Source: Bdellovibrionales bacterium (GTDB lineage Bacteria > Bdellovibrionota > Bdellovibrionia > Bdellovibrionales > JAUICD01). Taken from it: a DNA stretch of 64,000 bases. Position 1 is the first letter of the stretch. Each line of letters opens with the position of its first letter. A program made the position numbers and the translations under genes. A model generated the notes under the pieces. The model had not been told where the DNA came from, did no database searches, and saw only the letters and a list, made by a program, of their open reading frames with translations. This document shows, one piece after another, positions 43,442-53,648 of this stretch. Where the stretch lies: NCBI GenBank assembly GCA_965262715.1, contig OZ253553.1, positions 2,875,091 to 2,939,090 on the forward strand, written 5' to 3'.

Positions 43442-44045
43442 GAACACTTATGTCTGAAAAATGTGTTTTATTGCTACGTTCTTTTAAAAACAAATCAAAC
43501 CGATGACGATATCTTTTTTCTAAAGCTTTTATAGCTAGTTGGTGTAAATTTTTTGTTGTAATTTTTTGAATAAGTTTTTTTCTTATGGATATCATATCTT
43601 CATGTTTTTTTTTAAACAAGGATGGTATATCTTCTCTCCATAAAAAGTAACTCAAATTTTCTTTTGATAAATAAGTTCTTTTTATCGACCTTCTTTTTAA
43701 AGAAATAATTTTTTTATGTGAGTCCACTGAAAAATAACCTATTTTTTTGGGGACTTTATATTTGTCAATAAATCTTTTTGATAACACCAAGTAAACTTCA
43801 TTAAATGTTTCAGCATAATCATTGATTTGGCCTTCGATCGTTGAAAGATTATCTAAGTCACTTTTTATCTCATAAGCTACTAAAGAGTTTTCTTTGATTT
43901 CTAAAATATCAACCCATCTTTTCCCTCCTAGAAAAGGAACTTCTGAGCAAATAATTTTATTCTTTGGATTGTTTTTTATGAGTTCATCTATCAAAATAGC
44001 TTTGATTTTCTTCTCATCTAATTTCTTATAAGTATTATTTTTCAT
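43413..44045 (-). CDS. Sce7726-like PD-(D/E)XK nuclease-fold protein
   Basis: E..IK..LI, SEV, VDI, AYEIKSDLD.L....QI..Y...F..VYLV. Confidence 0.75.
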   Translation of the reverse strand: MKNNTYKKLDEKKIKAILIDELIKNNPKNKIICSEVPFLGGKRWVDILEIKENSLVAYEIKSDLDNLSTIEGQINDYAETFNEVYLVLSKRFIDKYKVPKKIGYFSVDSHKKIISLKRRSIKRTYLSKENLSYFLWREDIPSLFKKKHEDMISIRKKLIQKITTKNLHQLAIKALEKRYRHRFDLFLKERSNKTHFSDISVLTKKETRIG

Positions 44046-44070
44046 CTTTAATACACCTAAAATTATTATT

Positions 44071-45153
44071 TTATAATTTATGTTTAATACCTTCCTTTAA
44101 AGAACCTAATATCTGTTTTGCGCGAGATAAAACTTGATCATAAGTCAATATAGTTAAACTGTGAAAACTTGAATTTAATATTCTATACGCCTCAAACTCT
44201 TTATCTTTCCATTCATTTGATCTTCCAAATATCAAGGTACATCTTGGTTTTATTACTTTTATATTTTCAACTCTTTCTGAAAACTTCTTACTATTTGACT
44301 CTTGTTCAACTTTATAAATATAATTAGTAGCTTGTATAATAGCTTTGATTAAATCAGTAGATGGTATAAAATTATCATGATCTTTACTTTTTGCCCAAAA
44401 TGGCAATTCATCACTTGGTCTTTTTATCTCTATAATGTCTAAAAATCCATCATAAGCTTGCACAAGATAATCTGATATGTTTTGAGTATCTATTTGCCGT
44501 TCATCTACAATCTTTATAAAATCTGTTCCTAATATCCAATCATTTTCCTTAAACCATTTTTGCCAATTATACTCTGATAATTCTTTACTTAACATTTCTT
44601 CAAATTTTTCAACAGCTTTTTTTCTTTTAATATTTTGTATCGCCAATGAAAAATCTTTAAAGATTCTATTTAATTCATCTTGACTTAGTTTATTCAATTC
44701 TTGAATCACTAAACTTTTATCTTCAAAGTTAAGTTTTGTAAGTTCTATAATAAATTTTGGAATATTTCCACTAATCAAAGAAAAAGAAGATTCGCCCCAA
44801 GGAATTCCATGTTCTTTATAAAGGGTTTTTAAATATTTGAGATTATCAAAAAGTATCTTTATTTCACCAGATCTTAACTCGAGCTTAACTCCTTCTCCAC
44901 TTTTTAATTTATTGAGTGGAAACTTGTTATATTCTTCCCATTTATCTGAGGGTGATTTTCTTTGAAAGACAAAGAGGCCTCTTACACAAGCTTTTTGATC
45001 TTTAGGGTTGCTTACAATTGATGGTTTAAAAATCAGACGAGTTGTTTTAGTTTCTCTCAAAATTATAGGATCTGCTTCTGCTGTATTTAATGATGTTGAT
45101 CTTGTCTTTATTTTTTCCATAAAATTGCTCTCTTTAAATTGTTCTATACTCAT
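44071..45153 (-). CDS. sduA: Shedu anti-phage nuclease (DUF4263)
   Basis: E..WQ.WF..N.WI.G, DY, IIEIKRP, AI.Q..NY, LIFGRS, ILTYD. Confidence 0.85.
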   Translation of the reverse strand: MSIEQFKESNFMEKIKTRSTSLNTAEADPIILRETKTTRLIFKPSIVSNPKDQKACVRGLFVFQRKSPSDKWEEYNKFPLNKLKSGEGVKLELRSGEIKILFDNLKYLKTLYKEHGIPWGESSFSLISGNIPKFIIELTKLNFEDKSLVIQELNKLSQDELNRIFKDFSLAIQNIKRKKAVEKFEEMLSKELSEYNWQKWFKENDWILGTDFIKIVDERQIDTQNISDYLVQAYDGFLDIIEIKRPSDELPFWAKSKDHDNFIPSTDLIKAIIQATNYIYKVEQESNSKKFSERVENIKVIKPRCTLIFGRSNEWKDKEFEAYRILNSSFHSLTILTYDQVLSRAKQILGSLKEGIKHKL

Positions 45154-45160
45154 TTTTTAT

Positions 45161-45997
45161 CTATAGGTTTTTTTGGTTTTTACTGATTTGTGAAATGGCT
45201 GCTTGTAAAACTTGCCAGCTAATTTTTGCCGTTGCAATATCAGGGAGAAATTCTGATAATGCTTGTTCGTATGGATGAATATAATTCCTAAAATCCCTTA
45301 AGGAATGACTGTGTTTTTTTACATCTAAATCTAATAATCTAACTTCGTAGGCTACATCAATCATATTTTTTAAGCTCCAATCTTGAAAACCTTTAACTTG
45401 TCCATTTTTATCTTTAGGGCTAGATTTTGCTTGATTAAACTTTTGTTTACTTTGACTCCTAGTTATTGCATCAAGCAATAATCCCTCAAGGGTACTGCCA
45501 CATAAAAATATCACTGATAAAGGCATATTTCCTGTAAGTGCTTTTTGAACTTCATCAATTCTTTGATTAAGGACTTTTTCTAATTGTTCATTTTCTATAT
45601 TGAGCTTTTGCAACTCAATCCGGCCAAAATCTTTTTTTAAAAAATCTTCTTCTGATAATGGCCTAGTATTGTCTTGATTTTTTCCTTGAAGTCTATAAAT
45701 GCTTTTATAAGCTCTTTCTTTATCTTCTTCATCAACATTTCCAACTGATTGAGCATATTTTAGTAAAGCTTCCAGTACTTCACCAACAATTTTATCTGGT
45801 TCTATATCCCAAAAAGCTCTTAAGCGATTCATTTTAGACTTCCCATTTTTTAAATACTTTCTATCATCAATATTTATGCTATGCTTTTTAAAGAATTGAG
45901 AAAACTTAGCATTAGTAAAACTTTCAGTTACAACATACCCTGCTCTATTAAATAATTTTTCAAAAAGTTCTGTTTCATGTAATTCTAGATTAGCCAT
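45161..45997 (-). CDS. AbiJ-like N-terminal domain + HEPN-like protein
   Basis: E.LF...GYV...F....F..FF and SK..RLRAFW N-domain; GS.LEG.LL and RNYIH C-domain. Confidence 0.6.
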   Translation of the reverse strand: MANLELHETELFEKLFNRAGYVVTESFTNAKFSQFFKKHSINIDDRKYLKNGKSKMNRLRAFWDIEPDKIVGEVLEALLKYAQSVGNVDEEDKERAYKSIYRLQGKNQDNTRPLSEEDFLKKDFGRIELQKLNIENEQLEKVLNQRIDEVQKALTGNMPLSVIFLCGSTLEGLLLDAITRSQSKQKFNQAKSSPKDKNGQVKGFQDWSLKNMIDVAYEVRLLDLDVKKHSHSLRDFRNYIHPYEQALSEFLPDIATAKISWQVLQAAISQISKNQKNL

Positions 45998-47460
45998 GTT
46001 TTAACCTTACTTGTCCATTGATGAGTTTTGGTAATAACATATCTCGCAAATTTGTCAAAGTTCTAATTTGAACTTGATTATAAAATATTTTATTAAAAAG
46101 TGGTTCTGCTAAATGACTAAACTTTTCAGCTTTTTCTTTTAATGGTGCATTAATTTTCAATTTTTTAAATACTGCTTTATTAATTTCCAAAAAAGTGGAG
46201 CCATCTACATAACTTTTTATATAATCCATTTTAGATTTTAACCATAAATAAATAAATTCTTTTGAATAGCCTTTATCATCAATGATTGCTACATATCCCT
46301 GGTTTATTGCTATTGGATGTACAGAAAAAGCAAGATAACCTATTGGAGCCCTTGATGACAAAAGCAATGTTTTAGCAGGTAATAATCCCGAACTAATTTC
46401 TTTTAACCCTTTCTTTGTAATTTTTTTCACTGTATCAAAAAGATACATATCTTTGTTTCTTGATAAGTCTTTGGGAGTTGTCCACAAAATTTTACCATTC
46501 CAATATGCTGGATTCTTTGTACTTGGAGTTGTTCCATCTTTTACCGATAATATGTCACCCAGTGACTTTTCTTTAAAATTAACCTCATGATCTTCGATGA
46601 ACCACTTTCTAAATAAACACTGAGCCATATCCTCCAATGTTCTGTTTTGACGACGCAATAACTCTATCTTATCATCCAAACTCGACAATACCTCCGCAAT
46701 CCTCCTCTGCTCTTCAATGCTTGGCAAAAACACTTTAAGGTTTTTGATCTCATCAGTTTGAACTCTCTGTCTTCCTGAAGACCTTGTCATAGATTTAATA
46801 GCAAAATTTCTAAAGTAAGAAGATGTAGCAAGATAAAACAGAAAATGCTTATTTGTTAAATTTGACTTACTCCTTATAACAATAAATTCTGTCGATCCAA
46901 ATCCTACTTCATTCTTTTCCAAAATATCAACAAAAGCTGTTTTTTCGTTTTCCAAATAAGGTGTTATTCTGGCTAATAAGGTATCACCATTTCTAAACTT
47001 TGATCCTCCTTTATAGATGCCTTTTGTGTAATTGGAGATTTTTCTTTGAAAAGAAGGCAAGTCATCCATTAAAACTTTCTTTCTAACTTTATCTTTTGAG
47101 ATGTCTTCTGATGGGTTAAAGGTAACAACATCACCCAACTTCACCGATCGCGAATCTCTACGATAAAGCACCTTTCCTCGACATTTGATTTGCTCCTTCA
47201 AATCTTCTGAAGTTACAGCAGAATAGGCCACCACATCAAAGAAAAAAGGCAAATTTGTCTCCTCGTCCAAATCGAATTTTACCTTTAAGGCCAAACTCTC
47301 ATCAATCTTTTTGCCCTTAAGAGCAATATCAATGTCGGAGGCCTGCTTGTAAGTGTCCATTGCCCTAGAACCAAACAAAATAGCCTCATCCACGTCATTA
47401 GTAAGAGGCTAAAACATTAACAATCTCATTGATCTGCTTATCTGAAAGACCATATTTCAT
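45990..47460 (-). pseudogene. hsdS: Minimal nucleotidyltransferase (MNT) fused in frame to a type I RM specificity subunit, with a frameshift near the 5' end
   Basis: ATG 47460 gives MKYGLSDKQINEIVNVLASY* then shifts to LFGSRA..SDIDIA; HsdS repeats PSIEEQRRIAEVLSSLDDKIE and LRDMLLPKL. Confidence 0.8.
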
Positions 47461-47541
47461 AACTTTTTTTCTCTCGGCGAAAACATAATAGAATCAGTAA
47501 ACATACATATATCTTATTTTGTTAAAAAGACAGCCTGAAAC

Positions 47542-47946
47542 CTATAACTCCTTTTTTAAATCAAAATACAAATTATGCACTATGGGATAAAATTTGATCT
47601 GAATAAATTCTAAAACTTGCTTGAGTATCTTTTCATCATAAACATGGGAGGTTTTATTTCTCTGCTTCAAAGCCTCTATCCAATCTTCACCCTTTCGAAT
47701 GACCTCTGCCTTAAAGGCTTCCTTTATGACCAATCTAGGTGTGGTGACCTCAATTCCTTGATTTTCTAAATAATCTCTTAGGGTCTTACATGAAAGTTCA
47801 AATAAAATTCCAAAGGCTTGTACAAAGGCCATTTGATACCCCTCATCTTTTGGGAATTCCTCATATTTGTCCTTCCTGCGTTGAAGTACCTTAAAAGATT
47901 TTTCAAAATTCTCAAATCGTTGCTTCCACCGCAAATCATTGTTCAT
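47542..47946 (-). CDS. HI0074-family HEPN protein (nucleotidyltransferase substrate-binding)
   Basis: RWKQRFENF, QAF...FEL, RNKTSH.Y. Confidence 0.88.
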   Translation of the reverse strand: MNNDLRWKQRFENFEKSFKVLQRRKDKYEEFPKDEGYQMAFVQAFGILFELSCKTLRDYLENQGIEVTTPRLVIKEAFKAEVIRKGEDWIEALKQRNKTSHVYDEKILKQVLEFIQIKFYPIVHNLYFDLKKEL

Positions 47947-47956
47947 AAAATAACCC

Positions 47957-48103
47957 CTATTTATCTATATCTAACTGGTTTAAGTTATCTAAAATGCGTT
48001 GATTAAGTTGGCCTTCTTTTTTTATTTGATTTTTAAATTCAGAATTTTTACGTAATTTATCAGCAACCTTAAAAAGCTGAGCTTCTAGTTTTTCTGATTT
48101 CAT
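47957..48103 (-). pseudogene. hsdM: Internally deleted type I RM methyltransferase remnant
   Basis: MKSEKLEAQLFKVADKLRKN (HsdM-like start) joined to EFKNQIKKEA/LNQRILDNL (HsdM-like end); correct position upstream of hsdS. Confidence 0.6.
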
Positions 48104-48575
48104 AATAGAACTTCCTTCCTGTACCTAAGAGGTTAATTCTTTACCCCTTAATGCCTGTAATTTCAATGTGTGTAAAGACAAAATGTAATCAAAGATCAAA
48201 TTCTAAGTCAACTTTCAAACTGGTCAAGTCTCACAATAAACAGGCTCATCTTTGAAGATTGAAAATTTGAATGCAACCCAGTCTAGTGATAGTATCAAGT
48301 CTGTGCTCAAGATAAAAGCTGATTCCAATATGGAAAAGGTTTATAACTAGAGGCGATCTCAAAAATGCTAAGTCTATTATCTAAACTTACCTTAATATAA
48401 TGATCTAGAATTTTTAGCAGATATCTGGGAGTTTCTGGAAATTTAATGTTCGAATGCATTATTTCTAATAATAGCTCATCCTGACTATCAAGGGTGCAGA
48501 ACACTAGACACAAGGCCAAGATATCTTTGTAGGTGGAACTTATTCAAACTTGGATAGATACTTAACTGGGTTTTG

Positions 48576-48606
48576 TACAGATCCGCAATACAATTGCGGA
48601 TCTGTA
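48576..48606. promoter_or_regulatory. Perfect 14-bp palindrome upstream of the AAA ATPase gene
   Basis: TACAGATCCGCAAT-ACA-ATTGCGGATCTGTA. Confidence 0.5.
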
Positions 48607-48612
48607 TAAGGT

Positions 48613-49809
48613 ATGTTACTATTAGGTATGGCTTATTTTCCCCGTAATATGCAAAGCAAACTTAAGGATTTAGCAAAATCTTATCCTGTTTTAGTGATTT
48701 CTGGTCCCAGGCAATCTGGCAAGTCCACTTTAGTTAAAAATATCTTTCCAAACCATCTTTATATTAATTTAGAGGATATTGATGAACGGATGATGGCAAG
48801 ACAAGACCCAAAGGCTTTTTTAGAAAGGTTTGATAAATATCGGGTGATCATTGATGAAATTCAACATGTGCCTTCTTTATTTTCCTATATTCAAGGTATT
48901 GTAGATGGGCAAAAAAAAAGCGGTCAATTTATTTTAACAGGATCGTCTCAAATGGATATTCTTGAAGGGGTTTCCCAGTCTCTTGCAGGTCGTGCTAGTA
49001 TCCTTTATCTGTTACCTCTTTGTTTTAAAGAGTTAGCTTCACAAAGTAAGCCTTCTTCTCTGGAGGAAATACTATTTTCTGGCAGCTATCCCAGCATTCA
49101 TTTTGATCACCAACCTATTGTGGATTGGTATCAAGATTATTGTCAAAATTATCTTGAACGTGATGTAAGAAGAATCACAGCAGTTAAAGACTTAGGAACA
49201 TTTCAATTATTTCTAAAGATGTGCGCAGCCAGATGTGGACAAACCATTAATTATTCTAACTTTGCTAATGATTGCGGTGTAAGTCCAAACACTGTTAAAG
49301 AATGGATGAATATCTTAGAAGCTTCCTTTATTATCTTTAAATTAAATCCCTATCACACAAATTACTCTAAAAGGCTTATTAAAAGCTCTAAACTCTATTT
49401 TTATGACACTGGTGTTGTTTGTTCTCTTTTAGGAATTACATCTCCTGAAGCTCTAATCACTCATTCAGTAAGAGGAGGGATCTTTGAAAGCTGGATCATA
49501 AGCGAGCTTAAAAAGAAATTTTATAACATTCATAGGGTAGCTCCTTTGTATTACTGGAAGAATAATCAAGGTATTGAGATAGATATTGTAATAGAAAAAT
49601 TAGAACAGTTGATGACTTTAGAGATTAAATCAGCAAAAACTCTTAACAAGGTTTTTTTTAGAAATTTAGATTATTTTTATCAGTTAGCGCAAAAGGATAT
49701 CTATGCCCAATACCTTATTTATGGAGGTGGTAGCAGGCAAGGTCAACAAATTGGAAAAACTCAAGTTCTCTCATGGAAAGAATTAAGTCACATATCTGTA
49801 GATGATTAA
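48613..49809 (+). CDS. AAA+ ATPase with DUF4143 domain
   Basis: GPRQSGKS, IIDEIQ, LTGS, SLAGR, KLYFYDTG, EID..LEIKS. Confidence 0.92.
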   Translation: MLLLGMAYFPRNMQSKLKDLAKSYPVLVISGPRQSGKSTLVKNIFPNHLYINLEDIDERMMARQDPKAFLERFDKYRVIIDEIQHVPSLFSYIQGIVDGQKKSGQFILTGSSQMDILEGVSQSLAGRASILYLLPLCFKELASQSKPSSLEEILFSGSYPSIHFDHQPIVDWYQDYCQNYLERDVRRITAVKDLGTFQLFLKMCAARCGQTINYSNFANDCGVSPNTVKEWMNILEASFIIFKLNPYHTNYSKRLIKSSKLYFYDTGVVCSLLGITSPEALITHSVRGGIFESWIISELKKKFYNIHRVAPLYYWKNNQGIEIDIVIEKLEQLMTLEIKSAKTLNKVFFRNLDYFYQLAQKDIYAQYLIYGGGSRQGQQIGKTQVLSWKELSHISVDD

Positions 49810-49842
49810 AAGGTTTAAATGAAAAAATTACATAAAACAATC

Positions 49843-50063
49843 GGCTTTGTTGCACAAAGGTTTTAGAATGAGATTTGTGACAGACTTGGAGTAAGCGTAA
49901 GGCCAGTGCCTTATGAGATAGGTTTTGTATAAGATATTTTATTCTATAATAAAATCATAAAACCAAAATAGTACATGGCACGGAGGTTGCCTGCTGCTTA
50001 TGGAAGAAGCCTGTCACAAATCTCTTGCACACAAACTAGAGTTAGTGTTTGTGCAACAATCCC
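49843..50063 (+). mobile_element. IS903-type MITE, structured family copy
   Basis: IRs GGCTTTGTTGCACAAA / TTTGTGCAACAATCCC; inner stem 49870-49887/50007-50024. Confidence 0.87.
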
Positions 50064-50236
50064 AAAATGGCTTATAATTAAATAAGCTCTAAAGACTGAG
50101 AAACCTTAATCTCTATGTAACAAAACTTCTGTAAGGTGCTGATATTTTTCTTGTGTGTGGAGCGGTAAAAGTGGTACAAAGGATAAACTAGAGCAGAAAA
50201 TTCAATACATTAAGCCTTCAAAAACAAGGTCATAAA

Positions 50237-50770
50237 ATGACAGAAGCAAAAGCCAATGTACAAACAGCAAATCAGTCAAATTCCTTTGAGCTTTCTCCAT
50301 CAGCTAAGGCTTTTATCAAGAAGGAACTAACAAGATATGAGAGCAAACGCTCTGCAGTGCTGCCAGCTTTGTATCAGGTACAAGAGGACAATGGTGGTTG
50401 GGTGAGTCAAGAGGCTGTTAGTGTTTTAAGTGAGTTTATGGAAATTCCTGAAGCACATATTAACGAAGTGTTACAATTTTATACCATGTTCAATAAAAAA
50501 TCTGTAGGTAAATACCACATACAAGTTTGTTGTAATTTGACTTGCTCTATGTTTCAAGCAAGACAACTAGTAGAGGAAACGTGTAAACAACTCAATATCA
50601 AGGAAGGTGAAATGAGTGAGGATGGTCTTTTTACAATTTCAAGAGTAGAGTGTTTAGGTTCTTGTGACAATGCGCCGGCTGTTCAGATCAATGATAAATA
50701 TTATGATAAGATAGATAAAGAAAAGATGAATGTTCTTCTAGAGTCTTTTAGATCAAATAACAATAAATAG
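50237..50770 (+). CDS. nuoE: NADH-quinone oxidoreductase subunit E
   Basis: FYTMF, C....C and ECLGSC..AP. Confidence 0.95.
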   Translation: MTEAKANVQTANQSNSFELSPSAKAFIKKELTRYESKRSAVLPALYQVQEDNGGWVSQEAVSVLSEFMEIPEAHINEVLQFYTMFNKKSVGKYHIQVCCNLTCSMFQARQLVEETCKQLNIKEGEMSEDGLFTISRVECLGSCDNAPAVQINDKYYDKIDKEKMNVLLESFRSNNNK

Positions 50771-50785
50771 AGAGAGAGAAAGAGA

Positions 50786-52063
50786 ATGGATTTATTATTA
50801 ACAGAACATTATGGCAAAAAAGATTTTCATACTCTTAAGGGTTATCAGAAGTATGGTGGGTATGAGATTTTACCTAAGGCTTTTAAGATGAAACCTAAGG
50901 CTATTATCAAAGAGGTTAAAGCTTCAGGATTAAGAGGTAGAGGGGGAGCAGGCTTTCCTACAGGGCTTAAATGGAGCTTTTTACCTAAAAATTCTGAAAG
51001 TCGTTATTTGCTTTGCAATGCAGATGAAGGAGAGCCTGGGACTTTTAAAGATCGCTTAATGATGGAAAAAGCACCTCATCAACTTATCGAGGGCATGGTT
51101 ATTTCAGGATATGCTATTTCTTCTCATAAGGGATATATTTATATTCGAGGGGAATATGTAGAGGCCTACAATATTTTAATGAAGGCTATTGATGAAGCTT
51201 ATTCTACAAATCTTTTAGGTTGTAATATCCTTAATACAGGTTTTGATTTTGATTTAGATGTGTACCGTGGAGCAGGAGCTTATATTTGCGGTGAAGAGAC
51301 AGGGATGATCTCTTCCTTAGAGGGTAAGAAAGGACAGCCTAAATTGAAACCTCCTTTTCCTGCTGTAGAAGGTTATTTAGGAAAACCTACTATTGTAAAT
51401 AATGTAGAGACTCTTGCTGCTGTTAAATATATTTTAAAAATAGGAGCAAATGGTTATCGCAAATATGGTACAGAAAAATCTCCAGGCACGAAGCTTTTTT
51501 CTGTGAGCGGAGATGTAAATAGGCCTGGTAATTACGAAGTGCCTTTAGGTTATCCTTTAATGGATTTGATTGAAAAAGAATGCCAGGGTATGAGAGAAGG
51601 TAGAAAATTAAAGGCCTGTATTCCTGGAGGGTCCTCTGCACCTATTTTAAATTATGAAGATTGCAAGCGTGCTACTATGGATTATGAATGCTTAGCAGAG
51701 ATGGGTTCTATGTTAGGTTCAGGTGCAGTGATTATTTTAGATGAAACCAGATGTATGGTAGACTTATTAAAGGTGACATTACATTTTTATCATCATGAGT
51801 CTTGTGGCCAATGTACCCCTTGTAGAGAGGGAACAGGTTGGTTAGAGAAAATTGTAACTGGCATTATGGAAGGCAAAGGACGGCTTCAAGACATTGATCT
51901 GTTAGAGAGAATGTCCGATAATATGCAAAACGGAAGAACTATTTGCGCTTTATCAGATGCTGCTGCCATGCCCACAGTAGGATTTATAAAAAAGTTTAGA
52001 GATGAATTTGACTTCTTCATTAAAGAGGGTCGGTCAAAAGTTCAAGAAAACGTATTAAATTAA
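50786..52063 (+). CDS. nuoF: NADH-quinone oxidoreductase subunit F
   Basis: GRGGAGFP, NADEGEPG, YICGEET, ESCGQCTPCREG. Confidence 0.97.
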   Translation: MDLLLTEHYGKKDFHTLKGYQKYGGYEILPKAFKMKPKAIIKEVKASGLRGRGGAGFPTGLKWSFLPKNSESRYLLCNADEGEPGTFKDRLMMEKAPHQLIEGMVISGYAISSHKGYIYIRGEYVEAYNILMKAIDEAYSTNLLGCNILNTGFDFDLDVYRGAGAYICGEETGMISSLEGKKGQPKLKPPFPAVEGYLGKPTIVNNVETLAAVKYILKIGANGYRKYGTEKSPGTKLFSVSGDVNRPGNYEVPLGYPLMDLIEKECQGMREGRKLKACIPGGSSAPILNYEDCKRATMDYECLAEMGSMLGSGAVIILDETRCMVDLLKVTLHFYHHESCGQCTPCREGTGWLEKIVTGIMEGKGRLQDIDLLERMSDNMQNGRTICALSDAAAMPTVGFIKKFRDEFDFFIKEGRSKVQENVLN

Positions 52064-52155
52064 TAGGTATAATGTAAAAAAACGAAATATGCCAAAATGA
52101 ATAACCAGTAGTAAACTTAGACTATAAAAGGTCATGATTAACAAGAGGAAGCGAT

Positions 52156-53646
52156 ATGCCTAAACTGACGATCAATGGTAAAGAGTGTGAAGTTAAGGAA
52201 AACACGTCTTTGATTGAAGCTTTTTTGCAATCTTCAGATGATATTGCTCATTATTGTTGGCATCCGGGCCTAAGTGTTGCTGGTGTCTGCCGCATGTGTT
52301 TGGTAGAAATTGAAGGCCGTCCTAAGTTAGAGATTGCATGTAATATCAAGGCAGAGGATGGGATGGTTGTTTCTAATAATTCTGATAAAGTTAAGGAAGC
52401 TGTTAAGTGGTGCTTAGAGTTCCATTTGATCAATCACCCTTTAGATTGTCCTATTTGTGATCAAGCTGGCGAGTGTGGTTTGCAGGAATACTTTATGACT
52501 CATGGAGATTATGATTCACAAATGGCTGAACGTAAGGTGAAAAAACGTAAAGTTGTGGATTTAGGCCATAGAGTTGTTTTGGATACAGAAAGGTGTATTT
52601 TATGTTCCAGATGTGTGAGGTTTACGGACGAAGTTTCTAAGACACATGAGCTGGGTATATTTAATCGTGGAGATCATAGTGAGATTGGTACTTTTAAAAA
52701 TAAACCTCTTAATAATAATTATTCTGCCAATGTGATTGATATTTGCCCTGTTGGTGCTTTAACATCAAAGGATTTTCGTTTTCAGCAGAGAGTTTGGCTT
52801 CTAAAGAATTTCAACACTATTTGTCAAGGATGTTCTGCAGGCTGCAATATCAAAATATATTTTAATGAAAATGGTCTTTATAGAATCACTCCTGTTTATA
52901 ACGAGAAAGTCAATGGCCATTGGATGTGTGATGAGGGACGTGATGTTTACAAGTTTGTCAATATTGAAAATCGTATCACACAAGCATATCATAAAAAAAA
53001 TGAGAAGATAGAGGTTCTAACAGCTGGTGCTGCTGCTATAGAGATTGCTAAAGAGTTAAAATCTTTAGATGCAGATCAAATAGCTTTGGTTTTAACTGGA
53101 CAATACACAACAGAAGAGTATCATGCCTTGCTGCAAGTTTTTAAAGACTTAGGAACAGATCAAGTTTTTCATTGGATAAATAATCCTGACAGCTTTGATC
53201 ATTTTGATGGCCTTTTAATGAGAGGAGATAAGAACCCTAATACAAAAGGATTACAAAAAGTATTAAAGAATTTTGGATTGACGAAAACATGGTCTGACTT
53301 AGAGGATGTGTTAGATAGGGGTTTGGATTACTTAATAGTATTAGGTCCGGAAAACCAATCAGTTTATCCAGACTTAGAAGACAAAGTGAAGCTATTTTCT
53401 AAGGCTAAAAAAGTAGCATGGTTAGCACCTACTCAAAATAATCTTTACAAGGATTTTAATTGGCAGGTACCTATAAAGTCTTTTGTAGAAAAATCAGGTA
53501 CTTTTATAAATCAAGCAGGACAAGTGCAACAAATCAGTAAAGGGCCTTTATTTGTTTCCCAAGCACTTTCTGGAATAGATATGGCCACTTTAATATCTGG
53601 ACAACCTTTAAAGGTCGTGTTAGATGCTGCAAATGAATTGAAATAA
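52156..53646 (+). CDS. nuoG: NADH-quinone oxidoreductase subunit G (short form)
   Basis: CRMC, HPLDCPICDQAGEC, CILCSRC, CPVGAL. Confidence 0.93.
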   Translation: MPKLTINGKECEVKENTSLIEAFLQSSDDIAHYCWHPGLSVAGVCRMCLVEIEGRPKLEIACNIKAEDGMVVSNNSDKVKEAVKWCLEFHLINHPLDCPICDQAGECGLQEYFMTHGDYDSQMAERKVKKRKVVDLGHRVVLDTERCILCSRCVRFTDEVSKTHELGIFNRGDHSEIGTFKNKPLNNNYSANVIDICPVGALTSKDFRFQQRVWLLKNFNTICQGCSAGCNIKIYFNENGLYRITPVYNEKVNGHWMCDEGRDVYKFVNIENRITQAYHKKNEKIEVLTAGAAAIEIAKELKSLDADQIALVLTGQYTTEEYHALLQVFKDLGTDQVFHWINNPDSFDHFDGLLMRGDKNPNTKGLQKVLKNFGLTKTWSDLEDVLDRGLDYLIVLGPENQSVYPDLEDKVKLFSKAKKVAWLAPTQNNLYKDFNWQVPIKSFVEKSGTFINQAGQVQQISKGPLFVSQALSGIDMATLISGQPLKVVLDAANELK

Positions 53647-53648
53647 AA

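Noticed and set aside
48190..48540. 70-aa ORF at 48307-48519 and its flanks
   Set aside because: It looks like decayed coding DNA but no family could be recognised.
28451..50236. Prophage or ICE
   Set aside because: No integrase, structural or conjugation genes and no att repeats were seen.
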